From assembly GCA_044892525.1 (NCBI GenBank), contig CM097887.1:109718397-109782396 (forward strand): a stretch of 64,000 nucleotides of DNA, read 5' to 3'. This document shows, in pieces, positions 1-12,748 of the stretch. Position 1 is the first letter of the stretch. The number at the start of each line of letters is the position of its first letter. A model generated the notes under the pieces. It searched no databases and was not told the DNA's origin. It was given only the letters and a program-made list of their open reading frames with translations. This DNA comes from Schmidtea polychroa (taxonomy: Eukaryota). A program made the position numbers and the translations under genes.

Positions 1-521
1 CAGTGCATGTGGTTATAGCTAAGTAAGAGTTATCTCGGACGTTTAAAAAATGTTTAAAAATGTTTTTTCAAAATTGTTGTAAATTTAAAGGATTTTTAAT
101 ATGAAGCCTACAATAGCAACTCACTAATATTATTAATTGTTGGAACAAGTCTATAATGCAAGTTTTGCTGTAAATAGTAAACTGTAATTAAATTATCTAG
201 TAAGATTATTGTTAAATGAACCTTTTAAACTTTTTAATTAAATAAAATATCAAAATATTAAGATGATAATCTAAAAATAAATTTATTGTAAAATTAACTG
301 CATTATTATTTTAAATCATTTTTGAAAAATTAACAATTTCATTACAATTTAATTATATATTTTCTGACAAAGGATAATGAGTAACTGTTGAAATATGCTG
401 ATAATTTTTCCTATTTTGACATTGAAAGTATAGAACTTGACTATATTAGGCTGTATTCATTTCATAGATGTAATTAAAGGCCTAATCAACCTTTATACCG
501 GATATATACATGATATATAAT

Positions 522-749
522 TAAGGTGACCAGACAGTCCCTATTTTTCACGATTTATCCCGCTTTAAAATGAATAAAAATTATTTCAAGGAATAAAATA
601 TTATACAATTTTTTATATTTATGAATTGTACTTATGTTAAAAATCAAAAAATATTACCATATTATTTTTATTCTATATGAAAATTTTTGTTGATACCCCC
701 CTCCTTCAAAGTTGTCACGCTTTGCCCATCTAAAAATCTGGTCACCTTA
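522..749. mobile_element. hAT-type MITE (228 bp)
   Basis: 13-bp perfect TIRs TAAGGTGACCAGA (522-534) / TCTGGTCACCTTA (737-749); identical 8-bp TSD TATATAAT at 514-521 and 750-757, the TSD length typical of hAT elements. Confidence 0.9.
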
Positions 750-1713
750 TATATAATACATATTTGTTCTGTAAATTAAATCAATTATCCTTACGATATT
801 TTAACTCATTAGTTTTAACTTTTATAATTAAATTTAAATATTATCTATGCGACAGATGAAGTTTTTCATATATCTTCATTTATCTCTTAAAATTAGTGTA
901 AAAAATGTTCGACTTCTAGAATGGCAATCTATGGACATCATATTTACGAATATTCTGCTTCCTTTTATTTACTAAATCGTTGTTTAAATTGGTGTTTTTA
1001 TGAAGTGATATTTTATAATTTATAAACCAAACTATAATTTGATTTTTTCTTGATTTTACCGATACATTTTTCACACAAAGAATAAGGCAATATATCGAGA
1101 TTGAATTTGGCGTAATAGAGATTGCAAATCTATTAAAATTCATGGATTTTGTCACCTTAATATGCACTATTAGTCAATCGATTACGTAATTTACACAATT
1201 TGGAATTTCTATTTGTTCGCATTCCGTTATTATTATTTTTCAAATCAATAAATATAAATTTGTTTCGGTAGATTAACTTTTTATTGTCTTACTATTTTTA
1301 AACACATGGTAAATAATGCATCAGTTGCTTACTCTGACTATTTATGCTAACCGATATGAGTTATTAAAGAATAAGATTTTTTGATAATTATAAATATATT
1401 TTATAATACAGTAACGATTCACAAAAGGCAACTTCGCATAAAGAAACTTTTCACAAAAAGAAACTAACGTAAAAAGAAATTTTTTTTGATTCAAATTAAC
1501 AAAGTGATTCAATAAAATGAACTTTTGAAAATTTTGCTTTGTTTATTTTGTTTAACGTAAATGTTTAACATTGCTAAATTTTCAAATAACTTTTGATTTA
1601 CGTTAAATTTATTATACCTGAGGTATTGCACTGTTAATGAAGCTATATAGTATGTACTATAAAATTCAATTTTAAACATTAAATATTCAAAAATAGCATT
1701 TGTTACGCCCGCT

Positions 1714-1830
1714 ATGAATAAAAGAAAACAGAAACTAACAATTGAGGATAAATGTAATATCCTGACTGCATTGGAAGATGGTACCAAAGCCAACAATATT
1801 TGCGCACAATACGGTGTGAATAAAAGTACA
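1714..1830 (+). mobile_element. pogo/Tigger (CENP-B-like) transposase N-terminal HTH fragment
   Basis: Translates MNKRKQKLTIEDKCNILTALEDGTKANNICAQYGVNKST, the CENP-B N-terminal helix-turn-helix pattern; truncated afterwards. Confidence 0.7.
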
Positions 1831-3453
1831 AAAAAGTATAAGTTAATATAACTAACTTTCTATTTAAGTCGTTTATTTTCAAAGTACACTAGAAAACCTA
1901 TACTTTTTATTGACAATAGAATAATTCATTTTTATAGGACTTTAAATAACATACTGCAATCGTATTTGTTAAATTTTTCTTTCCTTGTTTTCAAAATAAA
2001 TGCTTATAAGTTTGTCTCATCACCGTATCTGATCTCTACAACTATCAATAATCTTGGATAAATCAAAAAATGGTTCAGAAAATATGGCAGTTATGCCATA
2101 AAGTAATGCTACAACAGATTCTTAAAAAGGATAAAATTACTTTATAACCAGAAGGAACCCCCAATCCCAGTGTGTGTTAGGATATTTGACCTGAGAGATT
2201 AGGAGAGGTACAAAAAACTTTCGTACCGATGGTTTCCCGGTACATATTTTAATTACGATATCCATGGTAATAAAATAGTAGTAAAAAAATAGTTACTTAT
2301 GAAATATTGTTTATATATAATATAATTTAAAGTAATAGTGTTACCGAGAGATTTTGTTAGATTGTAAATCGTAAAAAATAAGAAAAAAAATCTCAATATA
2401 AAAATATAATTTATTAGTTCACTTTTATAACTAATAGCCATTTTCATCATTTGGAAAACCAACCCCAAAAATTTACTCTTCCTGGAAATACAGGGTTAAA
2501 GAACATATCAACAGGTGGTGAGCTCTTTTCTTCTGGAAATCAAAGAATTACCAGTCGACTAAGCTTGTTAACCTTGCTGAGTTTATAAATTTAGTTTTTT
2601 AATGTTATACAGGAATGTCTGAAAATTCTGTATATTTCTCTGATAAAAATAGATTCAAATTGATATCACATTTAGTGAAATAATCAATAATGTTTACATT
2701 TATGTGTAAATTTATTATGCAAAGCGTGAATTATATTATAATTTCTTCAATTCATATTCATCTAAATAACAGTAAATATTTAGGAGAATGAAAACAATGA
2801 AAATGGAACGACAGTCACAAATAATGAGTCTGCTGATAAATTTTCGAGCATTCCGAAAGATCACGATGACAGTAATGCTACATATTAATGTTTGATACTC
2901 ACAATAGAGAATATTTTATCAGGATTTGATGGAATTTTTTTGGATTTTATATATGAATAATTTGTTTATATTGGTTTATTTTTGGACAGATGTTTTATGA
3001 ATTTTGGAAATACTTAAATTTATGGGGTGCAACAAGAAATTGTGAAGAGTCATTTGAGAAAGTAGCAATTATAAAATGAATGTTACTTTATCAATTAAAA
3101 CAAAATATTGCTCTTATTTATTGTTTGTTTTCTGTATACAAATATGTAAATAAGATTTTGACTCTGTAGAAAATATTTTTTGATAGTAATAAACCTTTAA
3201 TTTGTTGACAGAAACTGAATTTGTCGTTAGAATTTCATGTATGTTTAAACATACTGAATTTGATAACTGATAATATTAGAAATTCAATCTGTCGAATAAG
3301 ATTGTTCTAATTCTAATTGTTCTAAGAATCGATGCTATTTTACAAAGCGATATAAATTGATTAAACAGTAGTTCCAAATCTTTTCGAAATTTCCATAATT
3401 TGCTGAATATATGTAGTGGATATAGTTAAATCTAGCTAAATGTGAATTTAGCT

Positions 3454-4080
3454 CTACAAGGAGTTAGCAACTGATCTTGCCTGTATTAAACCAAAAGAAA
3501 TTTTATAACACAAGTTTTTATTTTGATCAATAATGGTTTGCTTGACTCCAAGTTTAGAGACCAACAAAGCCTTTTCTCGAATTTGATCATCTTTTAAAAT
3601 CCCAGCTCCAAATCCTCCTACAACTCGCCTTGCGTTCATATAATTCCGACTTCTCTTTTCGATCAATCTCATACCAATGACCCTGTTAGTAGAAGTTTCG
3701 AACGCATTATAATCTCTCCAAATTGTCTCAATACCAACCAATGGAGTAACAATAGCCTGATGATAGATTCGACGTGTAGCAGTTGTCTTTTGACTTTCAG
3801 CATATTGACTTTTGACTTGAGTCGATTTTAAGAAATTCATTTAATCTGACCAAATAAAAAAAATCTTTAAATCCAAAACCATTTCATCTTCTGCATAATC
3901 ATAAGCTTGAGCCATTCTTTCTTTGAAACTAGGAGTTTTGTTATCTTTATCTTTTATGTGAGACAAATAAAATTTCCATAAATCGATGTGATAAATTCGC
4001 GATAAATATTCTTCAGCATTTTCCAACGCTTCCTCGGCCATCAATATTTTATCAGGATTGATAACATTATTTTCTGCCAT
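3454..4080 (-). pseudogene. CSTF3: CstF-77 (CSTF3) N-terminal pseudogene fused in frame to an EF-1alpha-family fragment
   Basis: NPDKILMAEEALEN, HIDLWKFYLSHIK, KERMAQAYDYA, IWSD*MNFLK and WRDYNAFE...RSRNYMNARRV match CstF-77 HAT repeats, with an internal deletion and TAA (3841-3843) at the conserved Tyr of WxDY. From ~3621 the frame reads VGGFGAGILKDDQIREKALLVSKLGVKQTIIDQNK, matching EF-1alpha GEFEAGISKxGQTREHALLAxTLGVKQxIVxxNK. Confidence 0.8.
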
Positions 4081-4595
4081 ATTCAAATCTCGTGCCAAAA
4101 TCATCTTATTAAAACAAAAATCTAACGCTCTAAGAAACGACGAATTCGGTCCTTGTTGAATTGAAGCCTTATTCTAATGTTCTATTTTTATTATATCCGG
4201 AAGTTTAATATAATTTTATATGTAAACCGTTCTATAAAAATAAGCGAATTTTAGAAGACAACTATATTTGCACCATATATTCAGATAACCGCGTTATACA
4301 AAGGTTTAATACAAAATTAGTATGTGTAAAAATTGGTTCATGATAAGCTCAACTAATTTTAGTAAAAGAAATAATGTCAGTGAAAATAAATAATTATTTT
4401 GTTTTTTATAAGTTTTCTATTAGAAATAAATTCATATTCCGTATATTTTAGTTATTTAATTTCTACCTAATTAATAAATTAAGGAAAATTAATAAAAATT
4501 TTAAGAATAAAATATATAAATTTAAACAATAAAAATACTTTTAGAAAAAATTTATTTAAATAAATACACGATTTTGTTTATTTTATTATTAAACC

Positions 4596-5399
4596 ATGAA
4601 AAATGAAAATTTCTGCATAATAAGAAATAATGAAAATATTTGCACTGAGCTGAAATTAAATAAAACAATATATTTTGTTAAATTCATTAAGAAGAATTTA
4701 TTTATTTACAAGGACAAAGAAAAAGGTCAAGAATATATCGGTAAAATATCAAACGATTTTGAGAAAATTGAAATTAAAATTTTACGGAAACTCAAAGGCT
4801 CTCCTTATATAAATAATATTATTATTGAAGATTATGCAGATAAGCAAAATATATTCCTAATGCCATTTTATCCTTACGGAGATTTATATACGGCATGCAA
4901 AAAAGGTCTTGAAATGAGTCAAATTCGTAGAATCTCGATTCAAGTTCTCCGGGGTTTGGAATTTATGCATGAAAAATCGATTATTCACCGTGATATTAAA
5001 TCTACAAATATCATTTTGATCAATAATTTGCACTATTTTGATGTAAAAATTATCGATTTTGGCTTGTCAGTTGTTTATGATAAAAATAATCCTCCGCGTA
5101 CTCAAATTGGTACACCTGTTTATTTTCCACCGGAAGTAACTTATAGAAAACCACAAAGCTTCAGTAGCGATATTTGGTCTTTTGGAGTCATGATCTATAC
5201 TATCACCACATTTACTATTCCATTCAAATATCAAAAGAATCATTACATTTTACACTATGACATCATTTCAATTAATTATAACAATCAAAAATTCATTAAA
5301 TGTCCATTAATGGTGGAATTTCTAAAAACAATTTTCATATTGGATTCTGTCGAACGCCCCACTGCAAAGAACTGCTTGAATCATAAATGGCTATCATAA
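4596..5399 (+). CDS. Intronless, kinase-domain-only Ser/Thr protein kinase (267 aa)
   Basis: HRDIKSTN, DFG, GTPVYFPPE, SDIWSFG and RPTAKNCLNHKWL motifs; single open exon; no GxGxxG loop. Confidence 0.85.
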   Translation: MKNENFCIIRNNENICTELKLNKTIYFVKFIKKNLFIYKDKEKGQEYIGKISNDFEKIEIKILRKLKGSPYINNIIIEDYADKQNIFLMPFYPYGDLYTACKKGLEMSQIRRISIQVLRGLEFMHEKSIIHRDIKSTNIILINNLHYFDVKIIDFGLSVVYDKNNPPRTQIGTPVYFPPEVTYRKPQSFSSDIWSFGVMIYTITTFTIPFKYQKNHYILHYDIISINYNNQKFIKCPLMVEFLKTIFILDSVERPTAKNCLNHKWLS

Positions 5400-6477
5400 T
5401 TTATAATAAAATATCTTTATAAGATAATATTTTATATAAATAAAATATGCAACGATTTCAAATAATTTTAGTGTTTAATTATTTCCTGTCGTTGCTCAAT
5501 AAATAAAAAATATAGAATATATCATTTTTAAATTGAATCTGCTATAACACGCAAAACTCATGTGATTTTTATTGGTTGTATAGAAAATACCACAGTGAAC
5601 AATTTAATTTAAATTGTTTGGTTATTTGTCACTATGGTGAATGCGAGCTGAACCGAGCGTATTTTGCATTTGTCTCATGATTCTGAATGCGTGCTACTAA
5701 TAGTATTGTTGGTGTTTAGAGCTTGGATTGTTTAAATGTTCTATGATCACTAATAGATTTATAATCAACTCTTCGCTTAACAATTTCATGACTATTATCT
5801 TTTTACTATTCATGCACACATGGCGGGACTTCTCATTGCATTTTAAATTTCGGATGATTTTCAAAAGTTTGGGTAGCTTTCCATCTTAGAATTTAACATT
5901 TATTTCTAAATTCGACTGAGTTTTTATTCCTTTTGAAATATTTGAGCGGCGCTCTGCCTATATTTTCGGGAAATTTTCTATCATTGTCCACTTTTCGAAA
6001 CATTCAAATTTACTATTAAAACTTATTTATTAGCAACCTTCGAACTTCCCTCGATAATTTTAGATTACTTCGGCCGCTCCCGTGAACTCCAGACTCATGA
6101 AGTCCATCGGGTTCCTCAAATTTTCCTTCCTCAGAGGTCTGTGACTATAGGACAGAATTTATCTCGTCATTAAGAGCAACTCTGAACCAATGATGCCGGT
6201 TGACCAGTGGCTTCCCACTCAAAACTTGTTAAACCTTAAGCCGATCATGATTAATCTGTCGACCTGATCATGTCACACAAAATATAATTTATCACTTCAG
6301 TCTTAAAAGGTTAGGCAAAAATTTTATCATTAGTCACCCAGTCAAACAAAAAGTTGAAACCTAGGTATCCGTTGTGACAGTGAGAAAATGTTTTTGAGCG
6401 GCTATTTATACTTAATTTTAAGTAAGTGTGTTCATGTTGTTCGGGTTCTCTAAGCAATCTTGATCACTAGATGAAAG

Positions 6478-6584
6478 TATAAAGTGATGATTTCTTGGTA
6501 GCAGCATCAATTATTTAAAACAATAAAGTGATAATTTAAGCCTTTTACTGCGAATAATGTATTTAATGAAAAGATTTTCGACTA
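6478..6584. repeat. ~107-bp dispersed repeat, copy 1 (copy 2 at 44598-44704)
   Basis: CTTGGTAGCAGCAT...TTATTTAAAACAATAAA.TGATAATTTAAGCCTTTT.CTGC.AATAATGT.TTTAATGAAA...TTTTCGACTA is present in both places with scattered substitutions. Confidence 0.75.
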
Positions 6585-7774
6585 AAAGGAAGTCATTGTC
6601 AATCTCCTGAGATTTAACATTCCATTTTTCGATTTTTCTTTTATTTCCTTTTTCTTACTTCTCATTGGTTAAAAATATAATATAATGATATACACCTAAT
6701 TCTGTTTTTACACGATAGATACGTTCCTAAAAAATTCGTGTAAAAAAAGATATTGGTTGAATGGAAAAATAGTAGATTGATTCGATACCTAAAAAATCAA
6801 CAAAAATACAATAAACAAACAAAAGTATAATAATAAATATAAAAAAATCCTTGTTAGAGTTCACAAAAGAATTTATTTTTCGTGCTTATACATTTTAATT
6901 CAATATTACAGATGAATTATGTGACATTATGTTAAGGCTACCAAAATAAATTTTATCTATAATTATAATTAATAATACAAAGATTTAAAAGTTATTTAAA
7001 ACTTACCTGTTATTGGGTTAATACATCTATACGAGCAGAATTAATAAATTTATACGAGCACCTTATTTTACTTATAACTTGTTAAACATTCACAAAAACT
7101 AAACGTCTTTTCTTTTTAATTCTCAAAACCAAACAAAATTGCAAACAAAGTACATTACGTTTTTACTTTATGTATATTAATTATTTTTATATAAATTATT
7201 TTATATCTAACATGACGGATTTAATGATGTCTCTTTCATATTCAAGCCAAAATTTATTATATGGTGTCTAATCATTGTTGGGGTGCCGACTAGGTCAACA
7301 CACCTTTACTGTAAACCAGGGGATGATGGTCATATATTCTAAGTCAAATAATGATTTTTTGACCGCTATTCAGACTCCCTCATGATTACTCTCACGTCAT
7401 GACACCCATGATCTGCATCAAGTTGGTAATGTGTCATTGCCGCGAAATATGATGAAGCAGGTGAGCTCCTGCCTTAACTACTCCTTCACCATATTCCGAC
7501 TCCTCTCTTTTCTGACGGCCAATAGAAGGTCTTACGTCGTATTCATCGAATCTTAAGAAAAACATTTCCCTTTCACTGGGTATCTCTATCTATAACCGTT
7601 GTTACCGAAACATACCATACATGAAAATTGAATAACACAGATAACTAAGTAAGATTATAATTTCGTTTATAATACATAGCAATAACGGAATGAAATTCTA
7701 CAATACTATTCATAAAGAACACATAAACAGAAGATGAGAAAAAACGACATAAAGTGATTTCTGCAGTCCAGTCT

Positions 7775-8490
7775 TTAACTCAATGATGTGCGCATTGGCT
7801 GTTCAAAGGGGGATGTCGTTTCAGCAAATAGGTCTTCCAGATCTGTGGCATTTTCCTCGCACGACGTACTTGAAGGAGGTATGAAACGAAATTGATAGGC
7901 TGTTAAGTTTGACGCCGTGGATTGAGCTTGCAAAGCTGCTTGGACATTTTTCACAATCAATTTTTCCTCTCGCTCGGCTTGTAGTATTTATACGTTTGTT
8001 GTTTTGTTCGGCACGAGTAGGTTGCCGGCGTTTGACTTTGGCTGGTTGCGCTGGAAGAGTGGCCGTTTTTAGCAAAACGTTAGATTTTGGAGCCACCTGG
8101 CTGACACAGACGATTCTGACATTAGGAGTTGTGGGCGATAGGAGAGTGTTCACACAACTCTTACATGACTTCCATATTGGTTGAGCGAGTTCTATCGGAT
8201 GATGATGATTCAGGAAAGCGTTATCTTCCTCAGAGATCGTAATGTTGACGATCTTCTTGATGATGGTGACTTTATGCAGAGCTTCCGATTGCTCTTTGAT
8301 AAGTAGTCGTTGCGATCGGCTTTCCTTGATCAGGCTATCGCGGCAGAGTTCGACCCTAGCCAGTCTTTCCTCATCTCCTTCATTTGCGTGGCCGCAAACC
8401 ACGTTCCTTCAAACATCTATTCTTTTCTTTAACAGACCAATTTGTCCTTGTAACGTTTTAATGATAGCATTTTTGTCTGCACACGAGTAA
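7775..8490 (-). pseudogene. Degenerate, relatively GC-rich coiled-coil ORF of unknown origin (probably TE-derived)
   Basis: Overlapping ORFs 7821-8402 and 7775-7960 with an upstream in-frame TGA (KTLQGQIGLLKKRIDV*RNVVCGH); composition differs from the flanks; no family recognised. Confidence 0.3.
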
Positions 8491-8858
8491 CAAGTTTTGA
8501 GTGTTTTGTTTTAGAGGGGATTCTTCACATTTTCTGTAAAATTAATAATACGATATCAACTGTATCAGATGACTAGAAAAGAAAAAGAAAACAAAAAAAT
8601 ATATTAGTCCCATTAGAACTCCAATACCCGGTGAAATCCGTGAAGGACGCGTAAACGGGAAGATTTTGCAACTGTTGACGACATAGTTACGTAAAGAACA
8701 TTATTTTTAAATGAATTAAATCGAGATTAATTGGCTACTGTAAATTCAACGGACCTTGAGATTAATTAATAATATTCGGTTTAGCCAGTGATATAAAGTA
8801 TAGTTAGTAAACTGCTGCGAATGAAACTAGAGATTGAACTATTTATTAATATCTTTAA

Positions 8859-9127
8859 CCACTTAACGAGAATCGACGTAATTTTACGCACTTTATACCA
8901 TTGAGTCTATGGTGAATACCGTAACTTTGCGTCTATAATATTTACGTCTATTCTCTGATGATTTTTTAAAAAAAAATTAAATATGTTATAATTTTTCAAA
9001 TAAACATATGTTTTTTCATTTTGGGAAATATTCCATCTATATGCATCATAATCTATCAGAAAATGCAATATAAAAATTATAGTTTTTTTTTTACGACAAA
9101 TTTTCATTTTTAAAAAGAGTTAAGTGG
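8859..9127. mobile_element. piggyBac-type MITE (269 bp)
   Basis: TTAA at 8855-8858 and 9128-9131; 9-bp TIR CCACTTAAC/GTTAAGTGG; internal inverted repeat GAGAATCGACGTAA / TTTACGTCTATTCTC. Confidence 0.75.
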
Positions 9128-10339
9128 TTAAACTAAAATGACGTGAGTGATATATAGTACACTATCCATAATATTGCTAAACTCTAAATTATTTTAAAAT
9201 CTCAAATTGAGTAAAATGATTTATGACGTAATCGCTTGGTTATTACCGTTAAACTAATGCTGAAAAATGTTTTAACACCATCAATTTGCTGAACATGATT
9301 TAAATTTTAGTTAATTGATTATTGATAAGCGAACCAAAGGTGTTCTCAAAAATTCTCAAGTTGATAAGACTCTGTTGGCTCATTCCCACCTGAACTTGTA
9401 AGCCGGGTTCGGAAAGTTGTTACTAGCGAGATATGTATTTGCCTAAGGATATTAATCTCTTATCTACTGTACAGGTGTTATTATTCATTCCCATTGATTT
9501 TTGCATAGTAGCAGCATGAAGATTACGTGATCACGTCGCTTGTATCTTGATGGCAGTCCTATCTATACTTCTGCTATTTCATGCCCTCTGTAACTTAACC
9601 ATGTACCTGGAGAGTGGATGTTCTCATGTCAGTCTCGTGAAAATTGGGTTTTATCTACTCCTCTAGTGATTACCGAACCGAAATATCCATAACCGAATGA
9701 AAATTATCGTTACTAGCAAGTTGACGATTTGACAGAGTGCAAATGGAAATTATAAATTGTCAGAGAATTCATGGAAATTCCGTCGTTCTTGTCAGGTGAT
9801 GATCTTATGATAAGTGGTATTATCAAGATTTCCCTTCGATGATCTATTTCTCTCAGAAGATTTGGTGGCATTTTATCGCGATACTGCTACAAAATAAACT
9901 TAACGGCGATTTTTGGAAATTTTCTAGTCATAGGTGAAATTGTTTCTCTCAACGCTCTGGAAACCGATATGGTGATGAATATTATGTGACGACTACTCAG
10001 AAATAATTGAGTGAACTCTCATGACGTTAAAGCTGAGTCTGTCTACAACGTACTGGATTTGCCAATTTCTCGAACTATACGAAGTGGTGAATCCGGCTGT
10101 GTGGATAATTGTGAAGAGTGGCGGAAAACTTTGGACGCATCAGTCATTTTTTTTTCGAGTATTTTGTATAGGTTTTCCTAGAATTACATGCTCCTAGTCT
10201 AAATTATCATTGCCAAGAGTAATAAAAAATATATTCAAGCTTCTTCTGTAATTATTGACCAGCGGGATTTAGAAGTCTGCTGTTTAAATATTTTAAAGTT
10301 ACTGATAGATTTGTCTTCAACTCTTCCCTAAACGCCTTC

Positions 10340-10510
10340 ATGACTTTTTTACTTTTAATTACTCATTTATCCATGGCAACCATCATGTTGTTAATGTGCA
10401 CAGTGGCTGAAAATTAATAAGCAGGTGAGCTCCATTGCTAAAACTAGTTTATTGATTTTCACATTCAGGTTCATGACTGCCGATAGAAAATCTTACATAA
10501 TTTTATCATT
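10340..10510 (-). repeat. Old diverged repeat family (related copies ~7400-7540 and ~47850-48030)
   Basis: Shared CAGGTGAGCTC core and flanks; minus-strand conceptual translation DxLSAV...GAHL...FQPLC.L...PW in two copies, with stops. Confidence 0.5.
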
Positions 10511-11504
10511 ATACATCCATTTTTTTATTATTGTTTCTTCTTCTTCGTTTAGTTATGGTCCTCATTATTTGATCTTACTAAATGCTATTTTCAACTAGTT
10601 GAGCTGTGTTGGCGTCCTAGGGGTATTACCTAACTTGACTCAGATGATGATCATTCTCAAATTAGTTATAGCTTGGGGTGAACAGCTTATCTCAGAGGTA
10701 AAGTTTAAAACGCCAAATGGGACTATTCAAAGGAACTAAATGAATGCCCGTGTGGATTAGACGCGTAGGTACTGTATACAGTGGTTGTATATATGAGCAA
10801 AGGTAAGCTGGCTTAATCCGACCGCTCGACCCATATACACCTCAACTACCAGGACTTCTGATGGAAGGTCTTTCGTCGAAATTAAATAACAAGTGCCAAA
10901 ACCTGTGATGCAATACACTGGGTCTACAGGTCCTAGGAGAGAGTTGGGTCAATACCAGAAATCAAAACCTATAACGCTTCTAGTCCATAAAATTTCACTT
11001 TGCCTCACTGGATTCGAAAGACTAGTTAACCTGTAACGTCATCTCATATCAACGGTATACTAACTCAAACTGATTTCTGTATGCAAACATCTTTACAAAC
11101 AAGGAAAAAAATTTAATTAACTACTAAACCATCGGAAAAAGAAAATATGAAAACGTTTATTTTCTCATTACAATGACCTGCAGTCTACAAACATTCATAC
11201 TAATGTTCACAACAATACGTCTAATCTGAAATAGAGTGCGTCCAAGTCTACATTGAAATAATAATAAGGTTCTTCAGATTGTGGAACGATGGCAATTTGG
11301 GCTGGAGGAGTAATTGACCGAGCTACGGAACCATGGAGACCAGCTCGGCAAGCCATCTTGCTTTCACCCGCTGCCGTCGGATCCTGCAGGTGTTGGTATA
11401 ATGATTACGACGAGTTGGTCGAAACTGCTGGTTTTGTAGAGGTTATCGATGTCATTGACTGCACTGGTTGTCAGGGTTGTACGACGTCTCTAGGACATAT
11501 ATTT

Positions 11505-12140
11505 CAAAAAATGAAAAAACGGCAACTGGTTTTATGGCTGTTAAAGATCGCATAATTTTACTTGTTTGTAGTAATGTATCCGGAGATTTGATGACTAAGC
11601 CATTATTTATTAATCGTTCGCTAAATCCATGATCGATGAAAGGTTGTAACAAAACCGGACTTCCTGTGCATTGGAGTACATCAAGGAAATGCGCCAGTCT
11701 ACGCTAAATGCTTACTGGAAAGTGTTATTACAGGATATGGCCGATCAAAGAGGAAATGTTGAATTAACATTGGTGGATGAATTCAGGAATATACTTGAGC
11801 TTGCTCACACAATAGGACGTGATGATTTTAATGAAATCGCAATGGATGACAAACAAGAACTAGTCACGGAGGCCGAACTTAAGGAAATAGATTTGATTAC
11901 AATAATCAGTGAAACACTTCTGATTGAAGATATTAAATCTGACTACAAATCCGAAGAAGAATCAGGAAGTTTCACTGTTAAAAGTATGGGAAAAGGTTTA
12001 AATATGTCAATGCAGTTTTATTATTTTTTTAAATGATTCTATATTTTAGAAAATGATACACAGCCGGAGAGAGCAGAAAAATTTAAAAGAAATTTGCAAA
12101 ATTGTTTGTCCACTTATTAATAAGTTTATGAAGATTTGAA
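11505..12140 (+). mobile_element. Tigger/pogo transposase relic (DDE start plus C-terminus, internally deleted)
   Basis: NEKTATGFMAVKDRIILLVCSNVSGDLMTKPLFINRSLNP, then AYWKVL...LAHTIGRDDF...FTVKSM...ENDTQPERAEKFKR, typical of TIGD/Tigger. Confidence 0.8.
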
Positions 12141-12588
12141 GAAAAAGAGCAAGCAATCTTTGATAATAAATTTTTTTAAACCGTTTACGGTCAAAAGAAC
12201 TAACAACCATGGGAGAAGAATCGATTCCAAAACGTTTTCGGCGTAATCCACTTATAGTTAGCACTGATGAAGAATAATTTAAGTGAATATGCATCTGGAT
12301 TTCTTTTAAATCTATATTTTATTTTTTTTATTAACTTGAATTTAATTTAATTTAATTTACAAATTATTATTCTTTTTTACCTGGATTATGTTAAATTTAA
12401 ATGGAAATTTGCTGAATAGTATATAATATTTTGATTATATTTTGAATATCGACCAATTAAGTTTTTGCTTAAAGAGTAAGTACACTGCTTCTTATTTGGA
12501 ACCGGTCTCTAAATATTTCCTATAAAGTTTATATCTCTTACAGCGCGATTTCCTTCTACGCGACCTTTTCTGAGAACATATCTAGCGC

Positions 12589-12748
12589 NNNNNNNNNNNN
12601 NNNNNNNNNNNNNNNNNNNNNNNNNNNNNNNNNNNNNNNNNNNNNNNNNNNNNNNNNNNNNNNNNNNNNNNNNNNNNNNNNNNNNNNNNNNNNNNNNNNN
12701 NNNNNNNNNNNNNNNNNNNNNNNNNNNNNNNNNNNNNNNNNNNNNNNN
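12589..12748. other. Assembly gap (160 N)
   Basis: Run of N. Confidence 1.

Noticed and set aside
3841-3843. In-frame TAA at a conserved Tyr (also two TAA in env and one at 44283), hinting at stop-codon reassignment
   Set aside because: The kinase, vWA gene and ZC2HC1A all terminate at TAA; nonsense mutations in decaying copies explain it.
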